Below, piece by piece: positions 16,501 through 23,657 of a stretch of DNA of 23,657 nucleotides (its first letter is position 1; each line of letters starts with the position of its first letter). The notes under the pieces are model-generated. The model was not told where the DNA came from, did not search any database, and saw only the letters and a list, made by a program, of their open reading frames with translations. Origin of the DNA: an uncultured bacterium (GTDB lineage Bacteria > CSSED10-310 > CAZUFC01). Made by a program: the position numbers and the translations under genes. The stretch spans positions 1-23,657 of the forward strand of contig CAZUFC010000124.1 in NCBI GenBank assembly GCA_964619725.1, written 5' to 3'.

Positions 16501-19421
16501 ATATAGACGCCGGCCTGCTCCACAGGCAAAGTTACACGGATGGGTTCACGTTCGCTCTCTATTGTCGTTTCGTAAACCTTTTCATCAACCGTATCGGTTA
16601 TGTATCGAGGCACGCCGTCGGAAAAATTGCTTGCGCGCAGATAAGAATGCCATTCCCGGCGGAGAAGACGGACAGTTATTTCTTTGTCAGGCAGAGGCTT
16701 TCCGTTCATATCCAGAACAACCAGCTCAGGTTCTAGTTCTTCGCCTTCTTCAAGATAACGGGGAGCATTCAATCCCAGGATAAACGGCGGCAAAGCTTTT
16801 ATTCTTCTTACAGACGTTACCGTCTGATCGTCTGCTCCCGTCACGGTCGCTTCCACTACATAGGTCCGGGGCTGAATAGTCGGTTCATTCTCCGGATCGA
16901 TTCTTATGCTCGACGAACCCTCTTCATCCGTCATTTCCTGTATTTCCATTCGAGGCCGTGATTCGAATCGCACCTCTCCCGAATAACGGGCATCAGAAGA
17001 ATAGACGAAACGATCATCCAGCTCAGGACTCCAATCGTAAGGATACTGCGACACCCTCCAGAGAACCGGATGCTCCGCTACGCTTCCCCCGGCATAATAT
17101 TCAGCGGTTAAAGATACCTGGAATTCCGAATCCAAAGGGACTTCATCATCACAGTGCAGACGTACTTCAAACCGCGGGATACGGTAAGCTTCCATACGAA
17201 AACTCACCTCACCATGCCTGGCGCCGTTCTTTTCTTCGAATACCGCTCGGTAAGTTCCCGTCGGTAAATCATCCTCCTGAAATTTGTGGTAAAATGCGCC
17301 GAGATAGCTCAATTCCACGGGATAACGCCAGGAAAGATCGCCCGGTCCTTCCACTATTACCGTTCCCTCATCAAAAGGCTGACTTAATCGACCTGCAAGC
17401 CTGCTTCTTATGTAACCCTTGATGTGGACCGCCTGTTCGGGACGATATACCGGACGCTCTGTAAATATGTGACATAGAGTGCGGCTTTCAGGTCCCCGGA
17501 ACTGGAGATTGCTGCTGACGGCCCATTGCAGCATCCTTTGATAACTCTGATGCCAGTGGTTGTCATGATATACCTCGTCCCTGGATTGAGGATTAATCAC
17601 CAGATAATCATCATCTTTGAAGGCGACAATGCGCCTTATATCAATGTCCGTTTTCCCCGGCGCCTTCCAGCGATACATGCCGTACGAATCCGTTGCGCCT
17701 GCGCTTATTGTTGTCCAACGCCGGTTTCGCCTGTCATAACCCTCGATGCGCACACCCGCGTTTTTGACAGGACGAGCTGAATCGAGAGAGGTAACGACGA
17801 ATTGCACATGGTACGGTTCTTCAACCATCGTCAGACAAATATCTGTAACCTGAACCCGCATCCAGTGCCGATTTTCCGATTCCGGCAAACGTCTCAGGCC
17901 GACCAGGTAACAACCGGAAGCGTCCATCCCGGAGATGCTTTCAAAGTATTCCCTTAAGTCGAGTCCGAAAGTCGCCGCCTTTCCACCGTCGCTTAACGGA
18001 ATATCCACGATGTCCGATACCTGCGGCGAACCCAGCGAGCGTATCTGTTTCTGCAATTCATAGGGATAAATGTCTCTCCACAGAACAGTAAAGGGTTCAG
18101 CCTTTTCACCCGGTCCGGGAGGACGCTGAGATTCATTGACCATCAAGGGTTCATTCGGAAAAGGCCAGAACGATCTGTTCAAGGAGTCTATCTTGTGTAT
18201 TCTTATGTCTACTCGTTCATCGTTACGGCCTTCCACAGGCGCTTCCTGGGGACCATATCTTTCCATTACGCCCGATCCCGCTTTCCACTGAAGAAAACTC
18301 TCCTGCTTCGGAAAATAAAAATATATTTCGCTAATCCCGCTTATTTCTAATCGATTTCCCTTTTCATCAAACACGTCTGCAGGCGCTAAAGTTAATTTGT
18401 AAAGCTTTTCGGCGCTGAATTTTCCCCCTACAGACACCTGCTTGTTCTGAACTTTGTAATTTATTCCCTCCACCCTGGGAGTTATTCGAATCAGATTACT
18501 GAAAGCGACTGGATTCGCCTCGCCGGGACTGGAAGAAAATTCTATCACGATCGATCTCTGGCTCGGATCGCAAGTTATCGCCTGGTCCTCCCTGTATTTG
18601 ACCCCTTCCGGAATTATGGGGTAACGAACCGACACGCTCCCCGCAGCCCGTATTCTGAAAGGCTCGGCCGTCGAAAAGGTTATCTCGGTAAAAGATTCGT
18701 CTTTATCTTCCAGGGATAATTGAAACTGCACAGTCGCTTTCATACCTGCGGGGATGGGGTTCCTCAAATTTAAAACATAGGACGCCGGGGATGCCCGTGA
18801 GTCCCGTTCCATCGTTTTTATACTGAAATCCTCACCTGTCAGCAGAATTGTTCCTGCCTCCCCTGCTCCCGGCAACGGAGCCGTTTCTATCGTTATCATC
18901 TCTGACAAAGCCTCAGTCGGAATCGGTTCGCGGAACGTGAGGGTTATACTGTCGACCGGCTCCAGACCCTCCGACTTGTCGGCAGGAAGCGCGCTCTGCG
19001 GAGGCGACATCAATGTCGATAAAGAGAATTTCCTGCCTTCAATGAACCAGTCGAACTTCTGCAAGGGAGGCCACGCTTCGGCAGGCTCAAAGATCAATGT
19101 GCGATCATCCAGCCATCGATAAGCCCCAGGATGCTCCGGCATCATCTGCACATACTTTTCAGGAGAATCTTCGGGTCCGCCTCCGCCAGGTCCTTTGCCC
19201 CTTTTGAAAAATATGGTTACTGGGTCCCAGCGTCTTAAAAATTCATCCGGAACGATGATCGTTTCTCCTGAAGAGCGCTCAGGTCTGTAAATCTTGCCGG
19301 ATAAATATTCGCCTTCCTGAGTTATCGCTCGCGTCGAATTATGATCACCCACGCACGGAAAATTCATTATCATTATGAATAATAAAAGACTTGTCATCCC
19401 AAAATTCATCGTTCTTTTCAT
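13587..19421 (-). CDS. Bacterial alpha-2-macroglobulin (YfhM-like) with intact thioester motif
   Basis: Motifs FTERPVYRPEQ, DKEKYEPGE, LWLVDQAVL, LPDNLTNF, LPRFVRPGD, thioester YPYGCTEQ (CTEQ 15062-15051) and WGTT. The start was moved from 19520 to ATG19421, which has an AGGAGG RBS, overlaps the upstream TGA (ATGA) and is followed by a hydrophobic signal-like segment. Confidence 0.94.
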   Translation of the reverse strand: MKRTMNFGMTSLLLFIMIMNFPCVGDHNSTRAITQEGEYLSGKIYRPERSSGETIIVPDEFLRRWDPVTIFFKRGKGPGGGGPEDSPEKYVQMMPEHPGAYRWLDDRTLIFEPAEAWPPLQKFDWFIEGRKFSLSTLMSPPQSALPADKSEGLEPVDSITLTFREPIPTEALSEMITIETAPLPGAGEAGTILLTGEDFSIKTMERDSRASPASYVLNLRNPIPAGMKATVQFQLSLEDKDESFTEITFSTAEPFRIRAAGSVSVRYPIIPEGVKYREDQAITCDPSQRSIVIEFSSSPGEANPVAFSNLIRITPRVEGINYKVQNKQVSVGGKFSAEKLYKLTLAPADVFDEKGNRLEISGISEIYFYFPKQESFLQWKAGSGVMERYGPQEAPVEGRNDERVDIRIHKIDSLNRSFWPFPNEPLMVNESQRPPGPGEKAEPFTVLWRDIYPYELQKQIRSLGSPQVSDIVDIPLSDGGKAATFGLDLREYFESISGMDASGCYLVGLRRLPESENRHWMRVQVTDICLTMVEEPYHVQFVVTSLDSARPVKNAGVRIEGYDRRNRRWTTISAGATDSYGMYRWKAPGKTDIDIRRIVAFKDDDYLVINPQSRDEVYHDNHWHQSYQRMLQWAVSSNLQFRGPESRTLCHIFTERPVYRPEQAVHIKGYIRSRLAGRLSQPFDEGTVIVEGPGDLSWRYPVELSYLGAFYHKFQEDDLPTGTYRAVFEEKNGARHGEVSFRMEAYRIPRFEVRLHCDDEVPLDSEFQVSLTAEYYAGGSVAEHPVLWRVSQYPYDWSPELDDRFVYSSDARYSGEVRFESRPRMEIQEMTDEEGSSSIRIDPENEPTIQPRTYVVEATVTGADDQTVTSVRRIKALPPFILGLNAPRYLEEGEELEPELVVLDMNGKPLPDKEITVRLLRREWHSYLRASNFSDGVPRYITDTVDEKVYETTIESEREPIRVTLPVEQAGVYIIEVESHDRIGRAQTVSSDLYAGGEETVAWEKPKTRIFTVSPDKEKYEPGETANLVLQSPFQKAEILVVMEKPETNQYQWIKVRNGKANFKFPIRSVYVPRIPIHFVLMRGRLEDTGPVTDAGVDLGKPATLAATSWIEVEPVEHSLDIELESPERAQPGDVIDIDIKLSDHRGNPVSGEVTLWLVDQAVLALGREQRLDPVPDFITPVYSFIDIRDTRDMCFGYIPFAEAPGGDVGEAEESGLMQRVTVRKAFQPVPYYNPLIRIGPDGQTTISVELPDNLTNFMIRAKAVSGVDKFGFAKGLIAVRLPLIVQPSLPRFVRPGDRFKATVIGRVVEGEGGDGIAEFEAENAGLMDDAVKTVQWSVGVPERLDYTVEIPDPVYDGEGELITEKVVFRAAVERSADGAADAFEVELPIKPDRKKVINQSLKEIRAGETLTIPAVDVNFQAGTFYRTFLVSSEPALIRMISGLSFLMGYPYGCTEQRISRAQAHLQFKEYRDLLKENELQQRTDIAVRNALDYIPSVIDSHNLCAYWPGSGGYVSLTAWTVEFLSQAQNSGYDVDQEMLDSLIRTLQKALRSDYSHFIDQESWTERCMALRALLSAGVYDASYAAELARRSQFLNLESKARILEVLLNKKDDFPEKIENIRNALWDGLVFRLHQGEEIYSGLESDIYSRSQLILPSETRTLAWVTRALTEAEPGADKLPVLKDALINLGDVDGWGTTNANAAAISAITAFLKPSFQQTPEHSLSISRQNETGTVSLGPGEPLNRFYAKDSGEIRLTLPSEDRNETVIIKIETGYLPAGDASEAAAETKGFVVKRESLIFREKDTPPIKLPLNETGNELSYNVGDIVEEHVQLINPQDRYYVAITVPLAAGMEPLNPNLAVSPPEATPRGTLTLKPSYSAFLDDSAAYYYDYLPKGAYDFYFRTKAAFQGQFIQPVACAEMMYDSSVYGSSYGAKIMIESKNER

Positions 19422-22400
19422 CGGACTGGCCCTCCTTCCTGCTTCTTGTAACTTTTGATAACCTCGTCCGGAGGACCCGTGTCCGGAAGCGTCAAACCTA
19501 ATACGGCCGGCCTTGCCCATACCGCAGGTCCCTCCGCCGGCGCATGCACAAATAACAAATACTCTCCATTCTCAAGTTCATGCATCTGAACCGCTCCCTC
19601 GCCGATCTGCATGCCTGAATCGTCCTGCAGACGACATGAGACGTTGGAGGGTTCTGCTTTTATCCCTATCCCTATCTGTCTCTTATCAGGAACCGTAAAA
19701 GAAAAAATACGCGTCGCCCCCGATCCTAAAATAACTTCCGGTCCCAGTTCCTCCGTGACCGGAATGACCGCGCTCGCCGTTATCTCCATTGTCCCCTGAA
19801 GTCCTTCGCTCCCTGTCGCTTGTATATGCAACTCGCCTTCTCCCTCCTTCAGATATCGGTCGATAATGAATCTGTCCGGGTAATAGTCCAGCGTCTCTGT
19901 GCGCGCCGATATGAATCTCGCCGCTTTCCCGCCGCTCGCTCTGATATGCAATGCCGTCTCTTTCGGGAAACTAAAAACGTATCTTTCTGCTTCGCCTTCA
20001 AGCATGTATATCCCCGGTTCGGAAATCCTTACCCCTTCCAGCTCTCTGAAATCACTCCCGGACATTAATCCCGACTCGCCCTCATACTCTATCCAAGATA
20101 AAACCGACCCGCTTTCATGATCTATCCTCAATACAGATTCACCCTCCCGCAGCGGCATATCTAATCCTCCATATACATCACCCGACGGTGAAATGAGTTC
20201 GGCAGCCTTTACCTTTCCTCGTATGTGCAGCGTAGCTTTCGCAAACTGTTCCGGCCCTTCCGGCAACGCTGCCTTGATATAACTTGTTCCGTTGTGCAGA
20301 AAGTCATACTTAAAGTATTGCTTTAAGTTTATGCTGTGAGTCGGCGGCAAAGCAGCCGGTAAAGAATGCAAATCAATGGAAAACCTCCCGGAAGAGGAGG
20401 GATCGATTTTCAGAAGGAACAGGGTAGAGGCCCGCGTCACTGCCGTAGCCGTCGTGCGTTCGTTTTTTTGCGTATGAACGAGTTCGATGGAACCGTCATC
20501 CATGGTAAGCGCTGCCGCCATTTTATCATCTAGGGTTAAGGAGAGTTTTTTATCGCCTTCGGGAAGCGCGAAACTCGCTCCTTCGCTGTCGATTTTTCCT
20601 TCATTGAGTCCTTCCGAAAAGGACATAGACGGCAGATCGCTATAAGAATTCAGTTGTATACTCACATCCAGATTTTTATTTTTGTGCGTATATGCGGACC
20701 ACATCAGCAACATGGGATACTTGTTGTTAAAGGAAGCAGAGAGCGAAGAGAGTTTTCCGAAATCTGTTTTCCTGATATCAGGAATCATTTTTTCGGATTG
20801 ATCGCGGTTTGTGATGCAAATGCCTGGATAAAGCGCTCCGGAGGAAAGGGCTGTTGCGATGAGCAGCGGTTCGTTTATGGGTTCGATGTCGCACAAGGCG
20901 AAATGACCAGCGGGCAGATTTAAATGAACTTTGGAGGCCGAGGAGGGGTCCAGAAAGACGCGTTCGGCCCTGAGATATTGATGGGCTCGCCCGTCAAGAT
21001 GCTCGCAGAATATCCACAGGTAAGGATTTTGCACAGCAATCAGTTCATTTTTGATTTCCGTGCAAGGTTTATTCACCTGATCAGACCAGTAAATTCCTGA
21101 TTCGGTCAATCCTTCAGGAACTCTGAATACTCCGGGCCGGTTCAATTGTATAAGAAAAGCGGAATAATCCGGATTAGTCAGAGACAATGGTTTGAATTTG
21201 ATGCCTTTTTCAAGGTCCTCTTCTGTGAGCGTTTTCAGATTAAAGTCCAACCCTGTCGCAGAAACCTCAGACGGTCGATGATCCAGTGACCACAAACGCA
21301 GAAAATAATCGTTTTCGGTGTTTTTATTGTGGGGAGGTTTTAAAGGGATCGCCAGGCGTGCGTTGTTTCCGAAGGTTTTGCCTGATATGGAGCGGGAATT
21401 GTTTTGATCGGTTGTTTCGAGGATAAGTCCGAGAGCTGCGGCGCTTTTTGCCGTAAGGACGAGTATGTTTGAGGAAGAGTTCAGTTGAAGAGGGAAGACC
21501 CGCGGTGATTTTTGAAGTGTCAGTTTCTGGTTGAAGGGCAGTTTTATCGAATTCTCTATTTCAGGAGATTGCTCATGATATCGAACGATGCAGGAACCGT
21601 GTTCAGTCCCGACGGGTTCCACGTGCAACTTATATTTACCTTTATTAAGCCAGGGCACGATGAGGAAGTTCCAATCGTCCGGCCTGTCGTCATTAAAGCC
21701 AATTTGATTACCTTCGCTGTCGAATAATCGGGCTTTGACATCCATTTTACCCCATGAACTCAACTCCACCAGGCCTGAATGACCAACGGCCACATCAACG
21801 ACTGAAGGCAGGCTGATTTCTTTGTGCAAGCCTGCGGTTAATTCATCCCAGGAGACCTGCAGCGTGTAACGGATGCGATCGCTGATGCGAGAGTATTTTG
21901 TTTCAAGTCTGTATTTGCCTTTATCGAGCATCTTTTTCCAGACGTCCTCAGATGACGTCTCGCCGATTATGGTCCAATCCCCTTCTGAATGTTTTTTCAG
22001 CAATCCGGCCATACCGTTCGTCAATTCGATTAGCGCTTCGACCGCGGCCGGAACTTCAAATTCCCAAATATCAGGATGACGAATATCGCCGGTGTCTGGT
22101 TCACGCCATTGCGCATTGACTGGTTCATTAATGGGCAGAACGTGCGGCCCATGTCCTTTGATTATTTCATCTGTTTTCACCGGCTCTATCAGAGTCACTG
22201 TTCTTGTTTCGACAGACGAAGGCAAAAGGATTAATCGATAATCGCCGGGAGAAAATTCATATTCGAAAGCAGCCGGCCGGCCCGGTTTTATCAACGGAAG
22301 GCCTCGATCATCCTCCAACCTGCAGGCGACCGGACCGTAAATACCGAAAGAATCGATTCGATAGTCATCTTTTTCCGCTACGTTGAATCCGTATTCCACG

Positions 22401-23657
22401 GCCTGGCCTGTCGGCAGAGTCGTTCGGGCAGGCGTTCCCGGCGATAATGCTCCTTTACCGATCAGATTCGTTTTATGCATTTCAATGCCTGAATGGCCTG
22501 AAGATTCACCCAGCGTTCTGACGGTGATCTGATACAGCCCCTGGTTCAGGTATTGCTGAATAAGGAAATTGCGGCCGATGCCGTTCGCTGCAGCGCTGAA
22601 CATTACAGGATCGGTACGGGTTCGTAATATGCCTTCGGTTTCTAAAAGCCCCGTGCTTTCAATCCGGTATAATGCCGGTTCTTCAACGCTGATCGATAAT
22701 GTTCTTGATCCGTTTTTCACCAGGTCGAAATACTGAGGCGTATTCTCCGTCAGGGCTTCCAGATGCGGAATCGATTCGAGGGTCTGCCGGGGGATTTCCG
22801 GTAAGGGGCTGTCGGCCCGGAGTCGCAACGGAGTAAAACTCAGCGAATAAGCCGTCGTTTTTTCGCCGGTATAATTTATTGTTATTTCATGTTTTCCCGG
22901 TTTTACCTCCAGTGTTTTCCGCCAGTCGTTCCTGTTCGAAGAAATATCAAGCAATAGTCCTTCATCCGTGCGCGCTTCAAGCATTCCTTGTTCTTCGATC
23001 CGGAGCATTAGGCTTCTTTTTTCTCCTGGACGCTGGGTCAATGCCAACGGGTCGCTCATCTCTATGGGGGTTTTTCGCAGAATGACGGCTGTTTTTCCAG
23101 GCCGGTTATTCAGGTGAAGCTTGTATGTATAACCTTTATCCATCTCAAAATCACCGAATATGGCCGATCCGGAAGGGTGCTCCGACAACGCAGCCCCTTT
23201 CGCAGCATTCTTGTAATCTTCGCCTTCTCCTGTAGCTGGATACAGATACATTTCCAGAATGCCTTCGGAAATAGCGTCGACAGTCAGGATGTAATAGCCT
23301 GAATCAAGCTCCCACGTCGTTTCACTCGGTTTGTAATCAGGGGGACTGTATTCTCGGGGATACCATATTAAAAAAGGCTCAATGCGAAATCGGGCGTCCG
23401 TTCCCTCCGCATGTATTCCGTATTTGCCCGTTTCTTTGACGCGCAGATATAATTCAACATCCTGAAACAAATTAAAACGCCTTTTGATGATTGTTTCCCT
23501 GTCCAGTTCAATCGTCGATGAAGCGGCAATCTCATATTGACTATCCCCTGTCCGGTGTCGGCTGATTATTGCGCCGGCATCAATATTGTCGGCAGGATCG
23601 CCTGAATGTACAGTCGCTAAAAAATATTCATCATCGCCTTTGAACTCGTACGATTCT
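19418..23657 (-). CDS. Giant hypothetical protein with repeated beta-sandwich (PPC-like) modules; 5' end outside the window
   Basis: The frame stays open upstream of TTG23470 to the window edge (ESYEFKGDDEYFLATVH...KRRFNLFQDV), so the protein exceeds 1410 aa. LxxGxYxLxV-like module ends recur. Confidence 0.85.
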   Translation of the reverse strand, partial: ESYEFKGDDEYFLATVHSGDPADNIDAGAIISRHRTGDSQYEIAASSTIELDRETIIKRRFNLFQDVELYLRVKETGKYGIHAEGTDARFRIEPFLIWYPREYSPPDYKPSETTWELDSGYYILTVDAISEGILEMYLYPATGEGEDYKNAAKGAALSEHPSGSAIFGDFEMDKGYTYKLHLNNRPGKTAVILRKTPIEMSDPLALTQRPGEKRSLMLRIEEQGMLEARTDEGLLLDISSNRNDWRKTLEVKPGKHEITINYTGEKTTAYSLSFTPLRLRADSPLPEIPRQTLESIPHLEALTENTPQYFDLVKNGSRTLSISVEEPALYRIESTGLLETEGILRTRTDPVMFSAAANGIGRNFLIQQYLNQGLYQITVRTLGESSGHSGIEMHKTNLIGKGALSPGTPARTTLPTGQAVEYGFNVAEKDDYRIDSFGIYGPVACRLEDDRGLPLIKPGRPAAFEYEFSPGDYRLILLPSSVETRTVTLIEPVKTDEIIKGHGPHVLPINEPVNAQWREPDTGDIRHPDIWEFEVPAAVEALIELTNGMAGLLKKHSEGDWTIIGETSSEDVWKKMLDKGKYRLETKYSRISDRIRYTLQVSWDELTAGLHKEISLPSVVDVAVGHSGLVELSSWGKMDVKARLFDSEGNQIGFNDDRPDDWNFLIVPWLNKGKYKLHVEPVGTEHGSCIVRYHEQSPEIENSIKLPFNQKLTLQKSPRVFPLQLNSSSNILVLTAKSAAALGLILETTDQNNSRSISGKTFGNNARLAIPLKPPHNKNTENDYFLRLWSLDHRPSEVSATGLDFNLKTLTEEDLEKGIKFKPLSLTNPDYSAFLIQLNRPGVFRVPEGLTESGIYWSDQVNKPCTEIKNELIAVQNPYLWIFCEHLDGRAHQYLRAERVFLDPSSASKVHLNLPAGHFALCDIEPINEPLLIATALSSGALYPGICITNRDQSEKMIPDIRKTDFGKLSSLSASFNNKYPMLLMWSAYTHKNKNLDVSIQLNSYSDLPSMSFSEGLNEGKIDSEGASFALPEGDKKLSLTLDDKMAAALTMDDGSIELVHTQKNERTTATAVTRASTLFLLKIDPSSSGRFSIDLHSLPAALPPTHSINLKQYFKYDFLHNGTSYIKAALPEGPEQFAKATLHIRGKVKAAELISPSGDVYGGLDMPLREGESVLRIDHESGSVLSWIEYEGESGLMSGSDFRELEGVRISEPGIYMLEGEAERYVFSFPKETALHIRASGGKAARFISARTETLDYYPDRFIIDRYLKEGEGELHIQATGSEGLQGTMEITASAVIPVTEELGPEVILGSGATRIFSFTVPDKRQIGIGIKAEPSNVSCRLQDDSGMQIGEGAVQMHELENGEYLLFVHAPAEGPAVWARPAVLGLTLPDTGPPDEVIKSYKKQEGGPVR

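Noticed and set aside
19422..19520. Longer A2M start at 19520
   Set aside because: It would overlap the upstream gene by ~100 nt and bury the signal-like segment. ATG19421 has an RBS and an ATGA overlap.
19430..20300. Apparent codon-usage shift (frequent ATA, purine-rich coding strand) at the giant gene's 3' end
   Set aside because: This is only an impression by eye and cannot be supported without a sliding-window codon analysis.

Overview
Bacterial chromosomal window with three parts. (1) Bases 1-1398 look like a decayed island at the 3' end of a minus-strand tRNA-Thr(CGT). They hold two MITE-like hairpin elements, a truncated PIN/DUF3368 pseudogene, a frameshifted Asp-box (BNR) gene fragment missed by the ORF track, and an 11-bp-spaced direct repeat resembling integrase arm sites. 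(2) Bases 1691-10680 carry a secreted collagen-repeat fibre-like protein, a 1.47 kb intergenic gap with three repeat families, a CPA1 Na+/H+ antiporter, a pRiA4b ORF3-like protein and a lipoprotein of the sulfatase/alkaline-phosphatase superfamily with TPRs and Thr at the nucleophile position. The gap includes a 283/284-bp tandem unit with GTAG-type REP pairs and a short variable window. (3) Bases 11059-23657 form a minus-strand operon: a giant (>1410 aa, 5'-truncated) protein of repeated beta-rich modules, a thioester-bearing alpha-2-macroglobulin whose start overlaps its stop, and pbpC. The best candidates for undescribed biology are the giant A2M partner, the REP-containing tandem array and the Thr-nucleophile hydrolase. 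All family assignments come from motif recognition by eye; no searches were run.
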